From positions 1-64,000 of the forward strand of contig NIVC01004004.1 in NCBI GenBank assembly GCA_002269645.1: 64,000 bases of DNA, read 5' to 3'. The translations under genes were made by a program, and so were the position numbers. Each line of letters begins with the position of its first letter. Within the stretch, counting starts at the first letter, position 1. Below, in pieces: positions 13,160 through 25,685 of this stretch. Source of the stretch: Macrostomum lignano. Taxonomy: Eukaryota. A model generated the notes under the pieces. It worked only from the letters and a program-made list of their open reading frames with translations. It ran no database searches and had not been told where the DNA came from.

Positions 13160-14920
13160 GGGAATTGTGAAGCTTGGGGAATGTGAAGCTTAGGGATTGT
13201 GAAGCTTGGGGATTGTTCAGATTGGGGATTGTGAAGCTTGGGAATTTTTCAGATTGGGGATTGTGAAGCTTGGGAATTTTTCAGATTGGGGATTGTGAAG
13301 CTTGAGGATTTTTCAGATTGGGGATTGTGAAGCTTGGGGATTGTGAAGCTTGGGGATTGTGAAGCTTGGGGATTTTTCAGATTGGGGATTGTGAAGCTTG
13401 GGGATTTTTCAGATTGGGGATTGTGAAGCTTGGGGATTTTTCAGATTGGGGATTGTGAAGCTTGGGGATTGTGAAGCTTGGGGATTGTGAAGCTTGGGGA
13501 TTTTTCAGATTGGGGATTGTGAAGCTTGGGGATTTTTCAGATTGGGGATTGTGAAGCTTGGGGATTGTGAAGCTTGGGGATTGTGAAGCTTGGGGATTTT
13601 TCAGATTGGGGATTGTGAAGCTTGGGGATTTTTCAGATTGGGGATTGTGAAGCTTGGGGATTTTTCAGATTGGGGATTGTGAAGCTTGGGGATTTTTCAG
13701 ATTGGGGATTGTGAAGCTTGGGAATTGTGAAGCTTGGGGATTGTGAAGCTTGGGGATTGCGAAGATGGGGGATTGTGAAGCTTTGGGATTGTGAAGATTC
13801 GGGATTGTGAAGCTTGGGGATTGTGAAGCTTTGGGATTGTGAAGATTCGGGATTGTGAAGCTTGGGGATTGTGAAGCTTGGGGATTGTGAAGCTTGGGGA
13901 TTTTTCAGATTGGGGATTGTGAAGCTTGGGGATTTTTCAGATTGGGGATTGTGAAGCTTGGGGATTGTGAAGCTTGGGGATTTTTCAGATTGGGGATTGT
14001 GAAGCTTGGGGATTTTTCAGATTGGGGATTGTGAAGCTTGGGGATTTTTCAGATTGGGGATTGTGAAGCTTGGGGATTTTTCAGATTGGGGATTGTGAAG
14101 CTTGGGAATTGTGAAGCTTGGGGATTGTGAAGCTTGGGGATTGCGAAGATGGGGGATTGTGAAGCTTTGGGATTGTGAAGATTCGGGATTGTGAAGCTTG
14201 GGGATTGTGAAGCTTTGGGATTGTGAAGATTCGGGATTGTGAAGCTTGGGGATTGTGAAGCTTGGGGATTGTGAAGCTTGGGGATTGTGAAGCTTGGGGA
14301 TTTTTCAGATTGGGGATTGTGAAGCTTGGGGATTTTTCAGATTGGGGATTGTGAAGCTTGGGGATTGTGAAGCTTGGGGATTTTTCAGATTGGGGATTGT
14401 GAAGCTTGGGGATTTTTCAGATTGGGGATTGTGAAGCTTGGGGATTTTTCAGATTGGGGATTGTGAAGCTTGGGGATTTTTCAGATTGGGGATTGTGAAG
14501 CTTGGGGATTTTTCAGATTGGGGATTGTGAAGCTTGGGAATTGTGAAGCTTGGGGATTGTGAAGCTTGGGGATTGCGAAGATGGGGGATTGTGAAGCTTT
14601 GGGATTGTGAAGATTCGGGATTGTGAAGCTTGGGGATTGTGAAGCTTTGGGATTGTGAAGATTCGGGATTGTGAAGCTTGGGGATTGTGAAGCTTGGGGA
14701 TTGTGAAGATTAGGAATTATGAAGCTTTGGGATTGTGAAGCTTGGGGATTGTGAAGATTGGGGATTGTGAAGCTTGGGAATTGTGAAGATTGGGAATTGT
14801 GAAGCTTGGGGATTTTTCAGATTGGGGATTGTGAAGATTGGGAATTGTGAAGCTTGGGGATTGTGAAGCTTTGGGGTTGTGAAGATTGAGGATTGTGAAG
14901 CTTGGGAGATTGTGAAACTT
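13160..14920. repeat. 16-bp two-monomer satellite (GGGGATTGTGAAGCTT / GGGGATTTTTCAGATT) with higher-order blocks
   Basis: Two interleaved monomers. The rare variant GATTGCGAAGATG recurs at 13755, 14139 and 14571. Confidence 0.96.
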
Positions 14921-15519
14921 GAAGACTGTAAAACTCAGGAGATTTTGAAACACTCCCACTATTTCGATTCAGTTTATAAATCAATTTTGATAATAAGACC
15001 GCCAAATCCAGTCCAGACAAAAGCATTAAAATAAGCATTTTGCTGCAGTTTCAGCCAATTTTTTACTAATTAATTAAAGAGAAAATGTGAGAACAAGGGA
15101 CTCGGCTCTGAAGCCGGCATCCTTGGGGGGTGTTAGCACATTTTTGAGTATTATTCAATTCCATGATAATCTTGACGCCTTTGCAGATCATCCTGTGTCA
15201 TTATCGAGCTGACACCATTTTTACTCAAAAAAGACCATTTGAGATCCCATTAGAGTCTAGACTAGCCATTGGAGAGATGTTCAATTATGAAATAGATTGG
15301 CATCTCCTAATATTTTTGTTGCAAGAGAACCAAACAAAGTAGTTTTCCTGACCGCACCAGATAGCGATCAGGTTTTAATGCTAAACTAATTAACTTAGGG
15401 CGGTATGCCACTTTGCTAACTTAGCCATAAGCAGAATTGTGGCATTTTTAATGTGATGGTTTAAGTATTTTTGAAATGTTGTTAGAGCTTTTGTAGAATT
15501 TTAGAGATGAAGATGTGTA

Positions 15520-16290
15520 AAGATGTAGATAAGTCTGTAAAGATGTAGAGATATCTGTATAGATTTTGTGAAAATGTAGAGATACTGTAGAGATATAGAG
15601 ATGTTGTAGATATGTAGAGATGCTGTAGAGATGTAGAGATGTAGAGATGTTGTAGAAATGTAGAGATGCTGTAGAGATGTAGAGATGTTGTAGAGATGTA
15701 GATGTTGTAGAGATGTAGATGTTGTAGAGATGTAGAGATGTTTTAGAGATGTAGAGATGTTGTAGATATGTAGAGATGCTGTAGAGATGTAGAGATGTTG
15801 TAGAGATGTAGAGATGTTGTAGAAATGTAGAGATGCTGTAGAGATGTAGAGATGTTGTAGAGATGTAGATGTTGTAGAGATGTAGATGTTGTAGAGATTT
15901 AGAGATGTTGTAGAGATGTAGAGATGTTGTAGAGATGTAGAGATGTTGTAGAGATGTAGATGTTGTAGAGATGTAGAGATGTTGTAGAGATGTAGAGATG
16001 TTGTAGAGATGTAGAGATGTTGTAGAGATGTAGAGATGTTGTAGAGATGTAGATGTTGTAGAGATGTAGTAGATGTTGTAGAGATGTAGAGATGTTGTAG
16101 AGATGTAGAGATGTTGTAGAGATGTAGAGATGCTGTAGAGATGTAGAGATGTTGTAGAGATGTAGAGATGTTGTAGAGATGTAGAGATGTTGTAGAGATG
16201 TAGATGTTGTAGAGATGTAGTAGATGTTGTAGAGATGTAGAGATGTAGAGATGTTGTAGAGATGTAGAGATGTTGTAGAGATGTAGAGAA
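15520..16290. repeat. (GTAGAGAT)n / GTAGAGATGTAGAGATGTT minisatellite
   Basis: Direct reading of the sequence. Confidence 0.95.
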
Positions 16291-16924
16291 GAGAAACTCC
16301 TATCTCGCTAGTACTTTTCTATAGAGAATTTGGCCCTGAAATAAATTTTCATAACTGCACAGTAACGCATTCTCGCTTGAACCGGATATTGTAGGATTTG
16401 GGAAACATCTTGCACAAAAATATTTTTTTTTACTTTTTTTAGATTCCCCATCGCTTCCATTCCTTTGAGCTTTGAGCATCCAAGGCTTCCCCCTGTGCCT
16501 TCTGGTCCTGTTTATTCCACTCCTCGCGTTCCAATTGGGTCCGAGGCATTTTTTCGGACACGTGGGTGGCCTTCTGGCCTTCGCTGAGTCGGGTTGGGGG
16601 AGATGGGAGGGTGGGGAGAGGGGAGGGCAGGTGTGGGGTGGGGGGAAGTTTGGAGGCCTTCATATATTGGCTAAAAGGGGGTCCCAGAGAGTTCCAAGCT
16701 GAATTCCGAAGCCGCCTATAATTCTATATATGCCCGCTTGCCTTCCTCTCCCAGTTTGTTCGATAAGAAACCGGGGGAAGTTGAATTGAGACAGAGAGAA
16801 TAAAGATAAGGAGAAATTCTCCCAGCCTGCTGAGTCAGCCAGGGCTGTAAAGTGCGGGCCCGAGAGAACTGGCAAACAAGCCACTTCAAGTCCCAAGAAG
16901 AAGTGAGGAAGAAGACGCTCAGCA

Positions 16925-18502
16925 ATGCACCGCAAGCTTTCGTCTGCCGCCAAGCTGAAGTTGAAGTCGCCGCCGCCTCTGTGCATCATCAGCAGCAGCA
17001 CCAGCAGCTGCGTTGGCCGCTCGTTCGGTCGCCGACTCGAGGATCAGCCGACATCGGCATCAGCGGATTTCGCTGGCTCCGGCAGCGACCCCGCGCTGCC
17101 AGCCGTGCTGACTGTCTGCTGCGACTACCTTCGCTGCCACCTGGCCGCCGAAGGCCTGTTCCGCGTTGAAGGCTCCAAAGTTCGTCAGCGCGATTTGAAG
17201 GCCCGCCTGGAGCGCGGCCTGCCAATCAGGGACGGCACGCCAGTCCAGGACGTCAGCTCGCTGCTCAAGGCCTGGCTGCGCGAGCTGCCCGAACCGCTGC
17301 TGCCGCCCCGGCTGGCCTCCGCTCTGGCCGAGGCGTCGCCGCTGGAGCGCCGCGTCCGCCTGCTGCGCCTGCTGGGCCGGCTGATGCCGCCGAGGCAGCT
17401 GGCCGCCCTGCGTCACCTCTGCCAGCTGCTGCAGGCCGTGGCCGCCGCCTCCGGCGCCAACCGGATGACGGCGGCGAACCTGGCCACCTGCGTCGGCCCC
17501 AGCCTGCACGGCGGCGGCGACAGCGGCGGCAGCCCGGACGTGGCCCGCCTGAACGCCGCCGTGGCCTTGTTAATCGAATTCGCTCAGGACATCGGCGTCG
17601 TCTCCTCGGCTGCTGTTGAAGATGACGAGGCCGTGGTGGCGGCGTTGCAGACTCCACCGAGCACGCCGCAGCAGCCGCAGAAGCTTCTGAGGCGTCGCAG
17701 CAGCGGCAGCGGCTCGCTGAGCAGCGCCTTCCGCGCCGTCGGCCGGGCAGTCAGCCGGCTGGCCAGCCGCTCCCGTTCGCGGAGCCCCCGCCGAGCCGCC
17801 GCGGCAGCCGCGGTGGCGGCTGGAAACAGCGGCAGCCCGGTCTCCGTGGTCTCCTCGTCCGCGTCCGCCGCCTCTTCGTCGGCTGCATCGTCTGAGAAGC
17901 CGCCCTCGCCGCTGGCCGGCTTCCGCTTTGACCCGTCGGCCTGCCACACGCCCGTCATCGTCCGCGGCCGGCGGCAGAACAGCGACGCGTCGTTGAAGCG
18001 CGGCGGCGTCATTCTGGTCGGCAAGGACGGCGACGCCAACAACAGCGGCGTTGACGCCGGCCTGTGCTTCGGTCGGCGTCGCCGCCGGCTTCTGCTGGAG
18101 AAAATCAGCGCCGGTCGGAAGGCCTCGGTGGATCTTTGCAGCCTCGGCTCGCCGCTGCCTCCCGCGCCGCACCTGCTGCCGGCGCCGGCTCCGACATTTC
18201 CGCTGCAGACTCCGCCGCCACCGCCGCCGGCGCAGCAGCAGCAGCCTCGGAGTCAGAGTCAGCAGCAGCATCAGCAGCCGCCTCCATCGCTGCAGCCCGT
18301 CAGAACGCCACTGCGCCGGTTGCAGCGGTCTCCGCGCGACAGTCTGCACGTTCTGCGCCAGGCGCGGCGTATTGGCGCCAGCGCTGGGCAGCCGCGCCGG
18401 CCGGACCGACTGCGCGGAGTTCGCCGGCTCTGGTCGCCGCTGAGGATGTCGCAGAATGCCCGACTGTGCCTGCTGAGGGCTGAGGGTCTGCGGCCCGCCT
18501 GA
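16925..18502 (+). CDS. RhoGAP-domain protein, ARHGAP11A-like; apparently single exon, with low-complexity C-terminus
   Basis: RhoGAP motifs EGLFRVEGS (arginine finger), DVSSLLKAWLRELPEPLLP and NRMTAANLATCVGPSL; 525-aa GC-rich ORF. Confidence 0.9.
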   Translation: MHRKLSSAAKLKLKSPPPLCIISSSTSSCVGRSFGRRLEDQPTSASADFAGSGSDPALPAVLTVCCDYLRCHLAAEGLFRVEGSKVRQRDLKARLERGLPIRDGTPVQDVSSLLKAWLRELPEPLLPPRLASALAEASPLERRVRLLRLLGRLMPPRQLAALRHLCQLLQAVAAASGANRMTAANLATCVGPSLHGGGDSGGSPDVARLNAAVALLIEFAQDIGVVSSAAVEDDEAVVAALQTPPSTPQQPQKLLRRRSSGSGSLSSAFRAVGRAVSRLASRSRSRSPRRAAAAAAVAAGNSGSPVSVVSSSASAASSSAASSEKPPSPLAGFRFDPSACHTPVIVRGRRQNSDASLKRGGVILVGKDGDANNSGVDAGLCFGRRRRRLLLEKISAGRKASVDLCSLGSPLPPAPHLLPAPAPTFPLQTPPPPPPAQQQQPRSQSQQQHQQPPPSLQPVRTPLRRLQRSPRDSLHVLRQARRIGASAGQPRRPDRLRGVRRLWSPLRMSQNARLCLLRAEGLRPA

Positions 18503-19074
18503 TGCTGCATTGGCTGGGGTGATTCACTCTGTACAGATGCTGCTGTGTACATAAGGAACTCGCGCACAATTAGTTTTAAGTTCTTAGCTTTTCATTTGCA
18601 TAACTGGATGTCGATTATTTGTTATTTTGCTTGAATTACTCGAGTCTGCTGTCTATCATTTTCCATATGAATAGTGCATTACGATTCAAATATATATATA
18701 TTGTAGCAATTTATTTTTCTACTATAAGTAGTTTTCTAAAATAACGCATTTTTGTTTCTTTTTTTGTTTAATTCTCAAAAAATCAGTTGATCTGGTTGGG
18801 TAATTATCGTATTAGAATTGGATTATTATCAATGGCGCGACCTTTGTTTGCTCATATTTTGGTGCTTTTTAGAAATGCCACAGGCGCCCGCTGTGTGGGA
18901 CACCTGGCTGTGCTCTGTTGATGAAGCAGCGGGGTGCCTTGTTTTAGTTGAAGCAGAAATGCAACAATAAATTCGACTGAAATGTCAGCCATAATCTTGA
19001 ATAAGCTCGATATTCATCCATGGAAAGTAGTTGCTAGGAAAGACGATAACTCAAATAGGTGACTTTTCTTCCCC

Positions 19075-19520
19075 TCCCCATATCTCCCCTACCTACTTCT
19101 CTCCATGTCTCCCCTACCTACTTCTCTCCTCTCCCTGTCTCCCCTACCTACTTCTCTCCCTGTCTCCCCTACCTACTTCTCTCCCTGTCTCCCCTACCTA
19201 CTTCTCTCCCTGTCTCCCCTGCCTACTTCTCTCCCTGTCTCCCCACCTACTTCTCTTCCTGTCTCCCCTACCTACTTCTCTCCGTCTCCCCACCTACTTC
19301 TCTTCCTGTCTCCCCTACTTCTCTCCGTCTCCCCACCTACTTCTCTCCGTTTCCCCTACCTACTTCTCTTCCTGTCTCCCCTACCTACTTCTCTCCCTGT
19401 CCCCCTACCTACTTCTTCCTATCCCCTATCTACTTCAACCCTCTCCCTGTCTCCTCTCTGTCTCCTCTACGTACTCATCTCCTCTCCCTACTTCTCTCCT
19501 GTCTCTCCCTTACTCTAACC
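19075..19520. repeat. CT-rich ~24-bp minisatellite (CTACCTACTTCTCTCCCTGTCTCCC)
   Basis: Direct reading of the sequence. Confidence 0.92.
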
Positions 19521-20034
19521 CTACCCTCTTGCGATTGTTCCCAGTTTTTTTCCCAGTTGTGTCAAACAAAGTTCGCCCTTCACAATTCCTCTCTTTGTTT
19601 TCCTGTTCATCGCGTGCGGGCTGTGGCTGTCTGTTGCAACTCTGCCAGCAGGGGGGCTTTAGCGAATTGCTCCCAGCAACCGGCGTGTGGGGGTTGAGTC
19701 TCCCGCTCGCTGCTCCCTCATCTTATCCTCTATTGATCTCAGCGTTGCATCTGCCGCTCGGAATCTCCCGAGCTTATTGTTGAAGTTTTCGTTGAAGTTT
19801 TTCTCTTAAACGTAAATTTGAATCTCTCGATCAGCCCTAATTCTGTCAGGCAGTCAGTCTCAGGGGCCTTGTAGCCTCATCCACTTTCACGGCTTTGTTT
19901 AGAGTTCTCGCTTCGCATTCCATTGCCATGACGCTTTCGCATAGCCTAAAGATTTCTTTTCATATAAACTATGATAGTTCTTGCGTAGTTCTTGAGCTAC
20001 GCAAGACAAGAAACGTCACACATGCACGAGAAAA

Positions 20035-20405
20035 TTCACAAACTGGAGCCTTCACAAACTGGAGCCTTAACAAACTGAAGCCTTCACAAACTGGAGCTTT
20101 CACAAACTACTAGAGCCTTCACAAACTGAAACCTTCACAAACTGGAGCCTTCACAAACTGGAGCCTTCACAAACTGAAGCCTTCACAAACTGGAGCTTTC
20201 ACAAACTACTAGAGCCTTCACAAACTGGAGCCTTCACAAACTGAAGCCTTCACAAACTGGAGCCTTCACAAACTGGAGCCTTCACAAACTGGAGCCTTCA
20301 CAAACTGAAGCCTTCACAAACTGGAGCCTTCACAAACTAGCGCCTTTAAAAACCATAGGATCTTCACAAACTCTAAGAGCCTTCACAAACTGGAGACTTC
20401 ACAAA
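20035..20405. repeat. 16-bp minisatellite (ACAAACTGGAGCCTTC)
   Basis: About 20 copies, read directly. Confidence 0.93.
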
Positions 20406-22021
20406 CTAATAGGTTGTCACAAAACTCTAAAGTTTGTGAGGCAAGCCATAGAATTCCAAGCGACCCCACTGTTGTTTTTTATTCAGTTCTTGAATTTTCC
20501 GAAACAAACAAAATATTTTCTTTGAGTGGTTTTATCAACCGAGTGGCTGGAGATCTTGTTATTAATTGAATGAACGAGAGAGAAAAACTGCTACAGTCTG
20601 AAGTGGTCGTCTTTACGCTTTGTGTGCTTTTTTTCCGCGAAATTTCAACCCGAATATCAAATTGCTAACGCAGGATTCCGGGGGGGGGGGGGTGGCGCCT
20701 CGGGCGAGTTTTCCCGAGGATCGGGGAAGCGAGATGGCGGGATAACAGGTCAATTGATTTGGCTAGGCAGGCAGTGCATGCGTAGGACACACAAAAACAG
20801 TGCTTTTTATTATTCAAAGCGCCTCCAACTGATGGAGAAGAGGTAGATGGTGCATGGAAGCTGCAAGACTGTGAGGAGGTCACTTAAAACGCGCCTTCGG
20901 GGGGCGGGCAGATGAGAGGCTGGCTGGAGGCGTTCTCAAAGTGTGCGTGCAGCTGGCATTGGAGGAGAATTTCTGTTATTGCGCATGTTGTGCAAGCTCA
21001 GTGATTAGCTATGATGATGCTGTTTGCGTGCGATGGGAGAGATGGAGAGGCTTGAGTAGGAGAGCCGGCACAGTTATTCCTTCCTTCCATCACTTGAGCT
21101 GTTTCGAGATTGAGTTCGCTGAGCCTCTGCTTGCCTGGGTGGCTTGTAAATTGCGCCACTGTTTCTCTGCCAGCTGTGTCTCCTGCGCTGAGGTGTCGGG
21201 TGTTTAATTAGCGCAAGTCATTCCATTTTGGCAGGTGTTGGCCCTCTTAGTCTAAGAAATATTGCTTGCAAATGCCTGCTGCTAATGAACTGACAGCCTG
21301 AGAGAAGTCATATGTCTAGATAGGGTTACAATAGTTTATTTCTCAGAATTTGTGTCAGCATCAGCAGCAGACAGCAAATTGGATGACTGATGTCATTGTA
21401 GTTCAAATTTCTGGGCTCTGGTCATTTTCTGTCAGCTGGGATTCCAGCGCCATCAGATTTTGGGTCGAATTTCTTTACTACGACTTTCCCGCGCTCTGTA
21501 ATCCGAAACTCAATTCGTTTTGCAGGTGGGTGTCTAAAATAGCTTGCCTTGCTGCTCCAAGAAGTCTTCTGCTTCTAAAAGTCACCGCCCACCCTTTGGA
21601 CGCTTGTGGGGGGGAGCAGAAGTCGAAACATTCCGCTGCGTTGCATTTTCCTTTCTCCGGTTTCGGCTGTCCGTCCTGACCAAGGAGATCTTGAAGCAGA
21701 GTCCTGGGAGTGGCTGTTAAATAAGGATGTGTAGAACAGAGATGGTGTCAAGATTTCTAGCCTAAGATATCAGATTCCGCAGGCTTGCTCTGTTCCTTTC
21801 TGAAGCCAAATTGATAACTCAGATGCCAGCTATAGCATTCAATTGTAAAGTTCAAAATCAAATAAATTACTAACATCCATACTACTCTTTACACTGCTGA
21901 ACCTCCGACTCACAAAGGTCCTCAGAATCCTCAGAATCACAAGAATGATGAATTACAGAAAATATCCAAGCTGAAATTAAATGACATCCTGCTTTAGAAT
22001 TTGGCATCCGGGTTCCAAATA

Positions 22022-22631
22022 ACAGCTGGTGTGTCCTGACAAACGCCGTGACACAAAAAACCCAAACAGCTGATGTGTCCTGACACACGCCATGACACAA
22101 AAACCCAAACAGCTGATGTGTCCTGACACACGCCATGACACAAAAACCCAAACAGCTGATGTGTCCTGACACACGCCATGACACAAAAACCCAAACAGCT
22201 GATGTGTCCTGACACACGCCATGACACAAAAACCCAAACAGCTGATGTGTCCTGACACACGCCATGACACAAAAACCCAAACAGCTGATGTGTCCTGACA
22301 CACGCCATGACACAAAAACCCAAACAGCTGATGTGTCCTGACACACGCCATGACACAAAAACCCAAACAGCTGATGTGTCCTGACACACGCCATGACACA
22401 AAAACCCAAACAGCTGATGTGTCCTGACACACGCCATGACACAAAAACCCAAACAGCTGATGTGTCCTGACACACGCCATGACACAAAAACCCAAACAGC
22501 TGATGTGTCCTGACACACGCCATGACACAAAAACCCAAACAGCTGGTGTGTCCTGACACACGCCATGACACAAAAACCCAAACAGCTGATGTGTCCTGAC
22601 ACACGCCATGACACAAAAACCCAAACAGCTT
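22022..22631. repeat. 43-bp near-perfect tandem repeat, ~14 copies, no spacers
   Basis: CAGCTGATGTGTCCTGACACACGCCATGACACAAAAACCCAAA repeated head-to-tail. Confidence 0.97.
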
Positions 22632-23039
22632 TCTTGCACCGAATGAAATTTGACATCTTCATTTTTCTTCTATTGCGTCACTGCTCAAAATTAGAGCACC
22701 AGAGAGTTCAGAGTCGAATTCCAACTGACCGCTCAAATCCGGGGCGGTGTGTAATTATTTTTATGGCAGGGAATGAAAGTGTTTGAGGCAGCTCACGAGA
22801 AGCCTGCTGAGCAATTCACGCAAGTCACGCAAATTCGCGTCAGCTAGGGAGATGCCATTCTCAACTCAGCGTGCAGCTCGCGTGACTCGCTCGCCTGCGA
22901 AGCCGTGCGCCTCACGCTGAGCTCTGCTTGAAAAATGCCGTCCCTTCCTATTTGTGTGTTAAAACAAAATTATTTCCTTTTTACTTGCTTGCTTGCTGTC
23001 TCACAAATTATAGAAAGCGGCATGCAAAGTGAAAATAAA

Positions 23040-24270
23040 GTCTCAACCCTCTCCTCCTTATCTCCCTCTCCTCACCATCTCCCTCTCACCCTCTCTTTAC
23101 TATCCCCCTCTCACCCCTCTCCTCACTATCTCCCTCTCAACCCTCTCCTCACTATCTCCCTCTCAACCCTCTCCTCACTATCCCCCTCTCACCCTCTCTT
23201 TACTATCCCCCTCTCACCCCTCTCCTCACTATCCCCCTCTCACCCCTCTCCTCACTATCTCCCTCTCACCCCTCTCCTCACTATCCCCCTCTCAACCCTC
23301 TCCTCACTATCTCTCTCTCACCCCTCTCCTCACTATCTCCCTCTCAACCCTCTCCTCACTATCCCCCTCTCACCCCTCTCCTCACTATCTCCCTCTCACC
23401 CCTCTCCTCACTATCCCCCTCTCAACCCTCTCCTCACTATCTCTCTCTCACCCCTCTCCTCACTATCTCCCTCTCAACCCTCTCCTCACTATCCCCCTCT
23501 CACCCCTCTCCTCACTATCTCCCTCTCACCCTCTCTTTACTATATCCCTCTCACCCTCTTTTTACTATCTCCCTCTCACCCCTCTTCTCACTATCTCCCT
23601 CTCACCCCTATGCTCACTATCTCCCTCTCAGCCCTATGCTCACTATCTCCCTCTCAGCCCTATGCTCACTATCTCTCTCTCACCCCTATGCTCACTATCT
23701 CCCTTTACTATATCCCTCTCACCCTCTTTTTACTATCTCCCTCTCACCCCTCTTCTCACTATCTCCCTCTCACCCCTATGCTCACTATCTCCCTCTCATC
23801 CCTATGCTCACTATCTCCCTCTCAGCCCTATGCTCACTATCTCTCTCTCACCCCTATGCTCACTATCTCCCTCTCACCCCTATGCTCACTATCTCCCTCT
23901 CACCCCTATGCTCACTATCTCCCTCTCACCCCTATGCTCACTATCTCCCTCTCACCCCTCTCCTCACTATCTCCCTCTCACCCCTATGCTCACTATCTCC
24001 CTCTCACCCCTATGCTCACTATCTCCCTCTCACCCCTCTCCTCACTATCTCCCTCTCACCCCTATGCTCACTATCTCTCTCTCACCCCTATGCTCACTAT
24101 CTTCCTCTCACCCTTCTCCTCACTATCTCCCTCTCACCCCTCTCCTCACTATCTCCCTCTCACCCCTATGCTCACTATCTCCCTCTCACCCTTCTCCTCA
24201 CTATCTCCCTCTCACCCCTCTCCTCACTATCTCCCTCTCACCCCTTTCCTCACTATCTCCCTCTCCCCTA
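23040..24270. repeat. CT-rich 26-bp minisatellite (CTCACCCCTCTCCTCACTATCTCCCT)
   Basis: Direct reading of the sequence. Confidence 0.95.
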
Positions 24271-24849
24271 TTCCTGCTCTTCATATTTTTATTACAACAT
24301 ATCCAATTTTCCAATTCTCAAAGTTACCACAGTTCTGTTAACCCGCATTTTATCTCCTTGCATTTCTTCTCATTTGCAAAGCCACCCTGCTCTCTCCTGG
24401 CTACAGCCTCCTCCCCCAGTTCCACAGCTGCAGTTTGGGTGACTACCATCGCAATTCATCAACTCCGCGTCACTATTTTATGATTTCTCTGCTATTATCT
24501 CACATGGCAGTTCAACTTGCTCTTGTGGGCGGAGTCTATCTTGATGCCCAATGGATACCTGTGTTTTGCCCTGTCTGACCTTCATTGTTATTTGCGATAA
24601 CAATGATAATAGTGGGTTATCAAGGGTAGCTGAAGCATTTTAATAACAGAGGTCACTCGCTCGACAGTTCTGGCTTTCAGGGCCATGCTGGAACACATGC
24701 TGAAGTATATCTGTAGCTGGGAATGGAAGGGAGTCACTTATATACCTATTCAGATCATTCTATTCAGTCTATACGAGACAGCTCAAGTCAGATCCCGATC
24801 CCAACTCAGATTTTCCCACGGCCTCATCGCATCCCGAATTCCTACCCCG

Positions 24850-25625
24850 AATCCCATTCCAGATAGATCCCCACACCAGATCCCATCCCAATTAGATCCC
24901 CATCCTAAATCCCATCCCAATTAGATCCCCATCCTAAATCCCATCCCAGATCCCCATCCCAGACAGATCATCAACCCAGATCTCCATCCTAGACAGATCC
25001 CCATCCCAGATCCCCATCCCAATTAGATCCCCATCCCAGATCCCATCCCAGATCTCCATCCTAGACAGATCCCCATCCCAGATCCCCATCCCAATTAGAT
25101 CCCCATCCCAGATCCCATCCCAGATCTCCATCCCAGACAGATCCTTATCCCAGATCCCCATCCCAATTAGATCCCCATCCTAAATCCCATCCCAGATCCC
25201 CATCCCAGACAGATCTCCATCCCAGACAGATCCCCATCCCAGACAGATCCCCATCCCAGACAGATCCCCATCCCAGACAGATCCCCATCCCAGACAGATC
25301 CCCATCCCAGACAGATCATCAACCCAGACAGATCATCAACCCAGATCTCCATCCTAGACAGATCCCCATCCCAGATCCATATCCCAGATCCCCATCCCAG
25401 ATCCCCATCCCAGATCCCCATCCCAGATCCCCATCCCAGATCCCCATCCCAGATCTCCATCCCAGACAGATCCTTATCCCAGATCCCCATCCCAATTAGA
25501 TCCCCATCCCAGATCCCATCCCAGATCTCTATCCCAGACGGATCCCCATCCCAGATAGATCCTCATTCCAGACAGATCCCCCATCCCAGATCCCCATCCC
25601 AGATAGATCCCCATCCCAGATCCCT
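24850..25625. repeat. AGATCCCCATCCC-family minisatellite immediately upstream of lipin
   Basis: Direct reading of the sequence. Confidence 0.93.
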
Positions 25626-25685
25626 ATTGCATGTCCCAATCGCCACAAACTCCCATCCGCTCCCGCAGCCGCGGCCCCACCGGCC

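Noticed and set aside
22022-22631. 43-bp repeat (and the 46-bp repeat at 42822-43077) as CRISPR arrays
   Set aside because: The units are head-to-tail with no unique spacers, there are no cas genes, and the context is eukaryotic.
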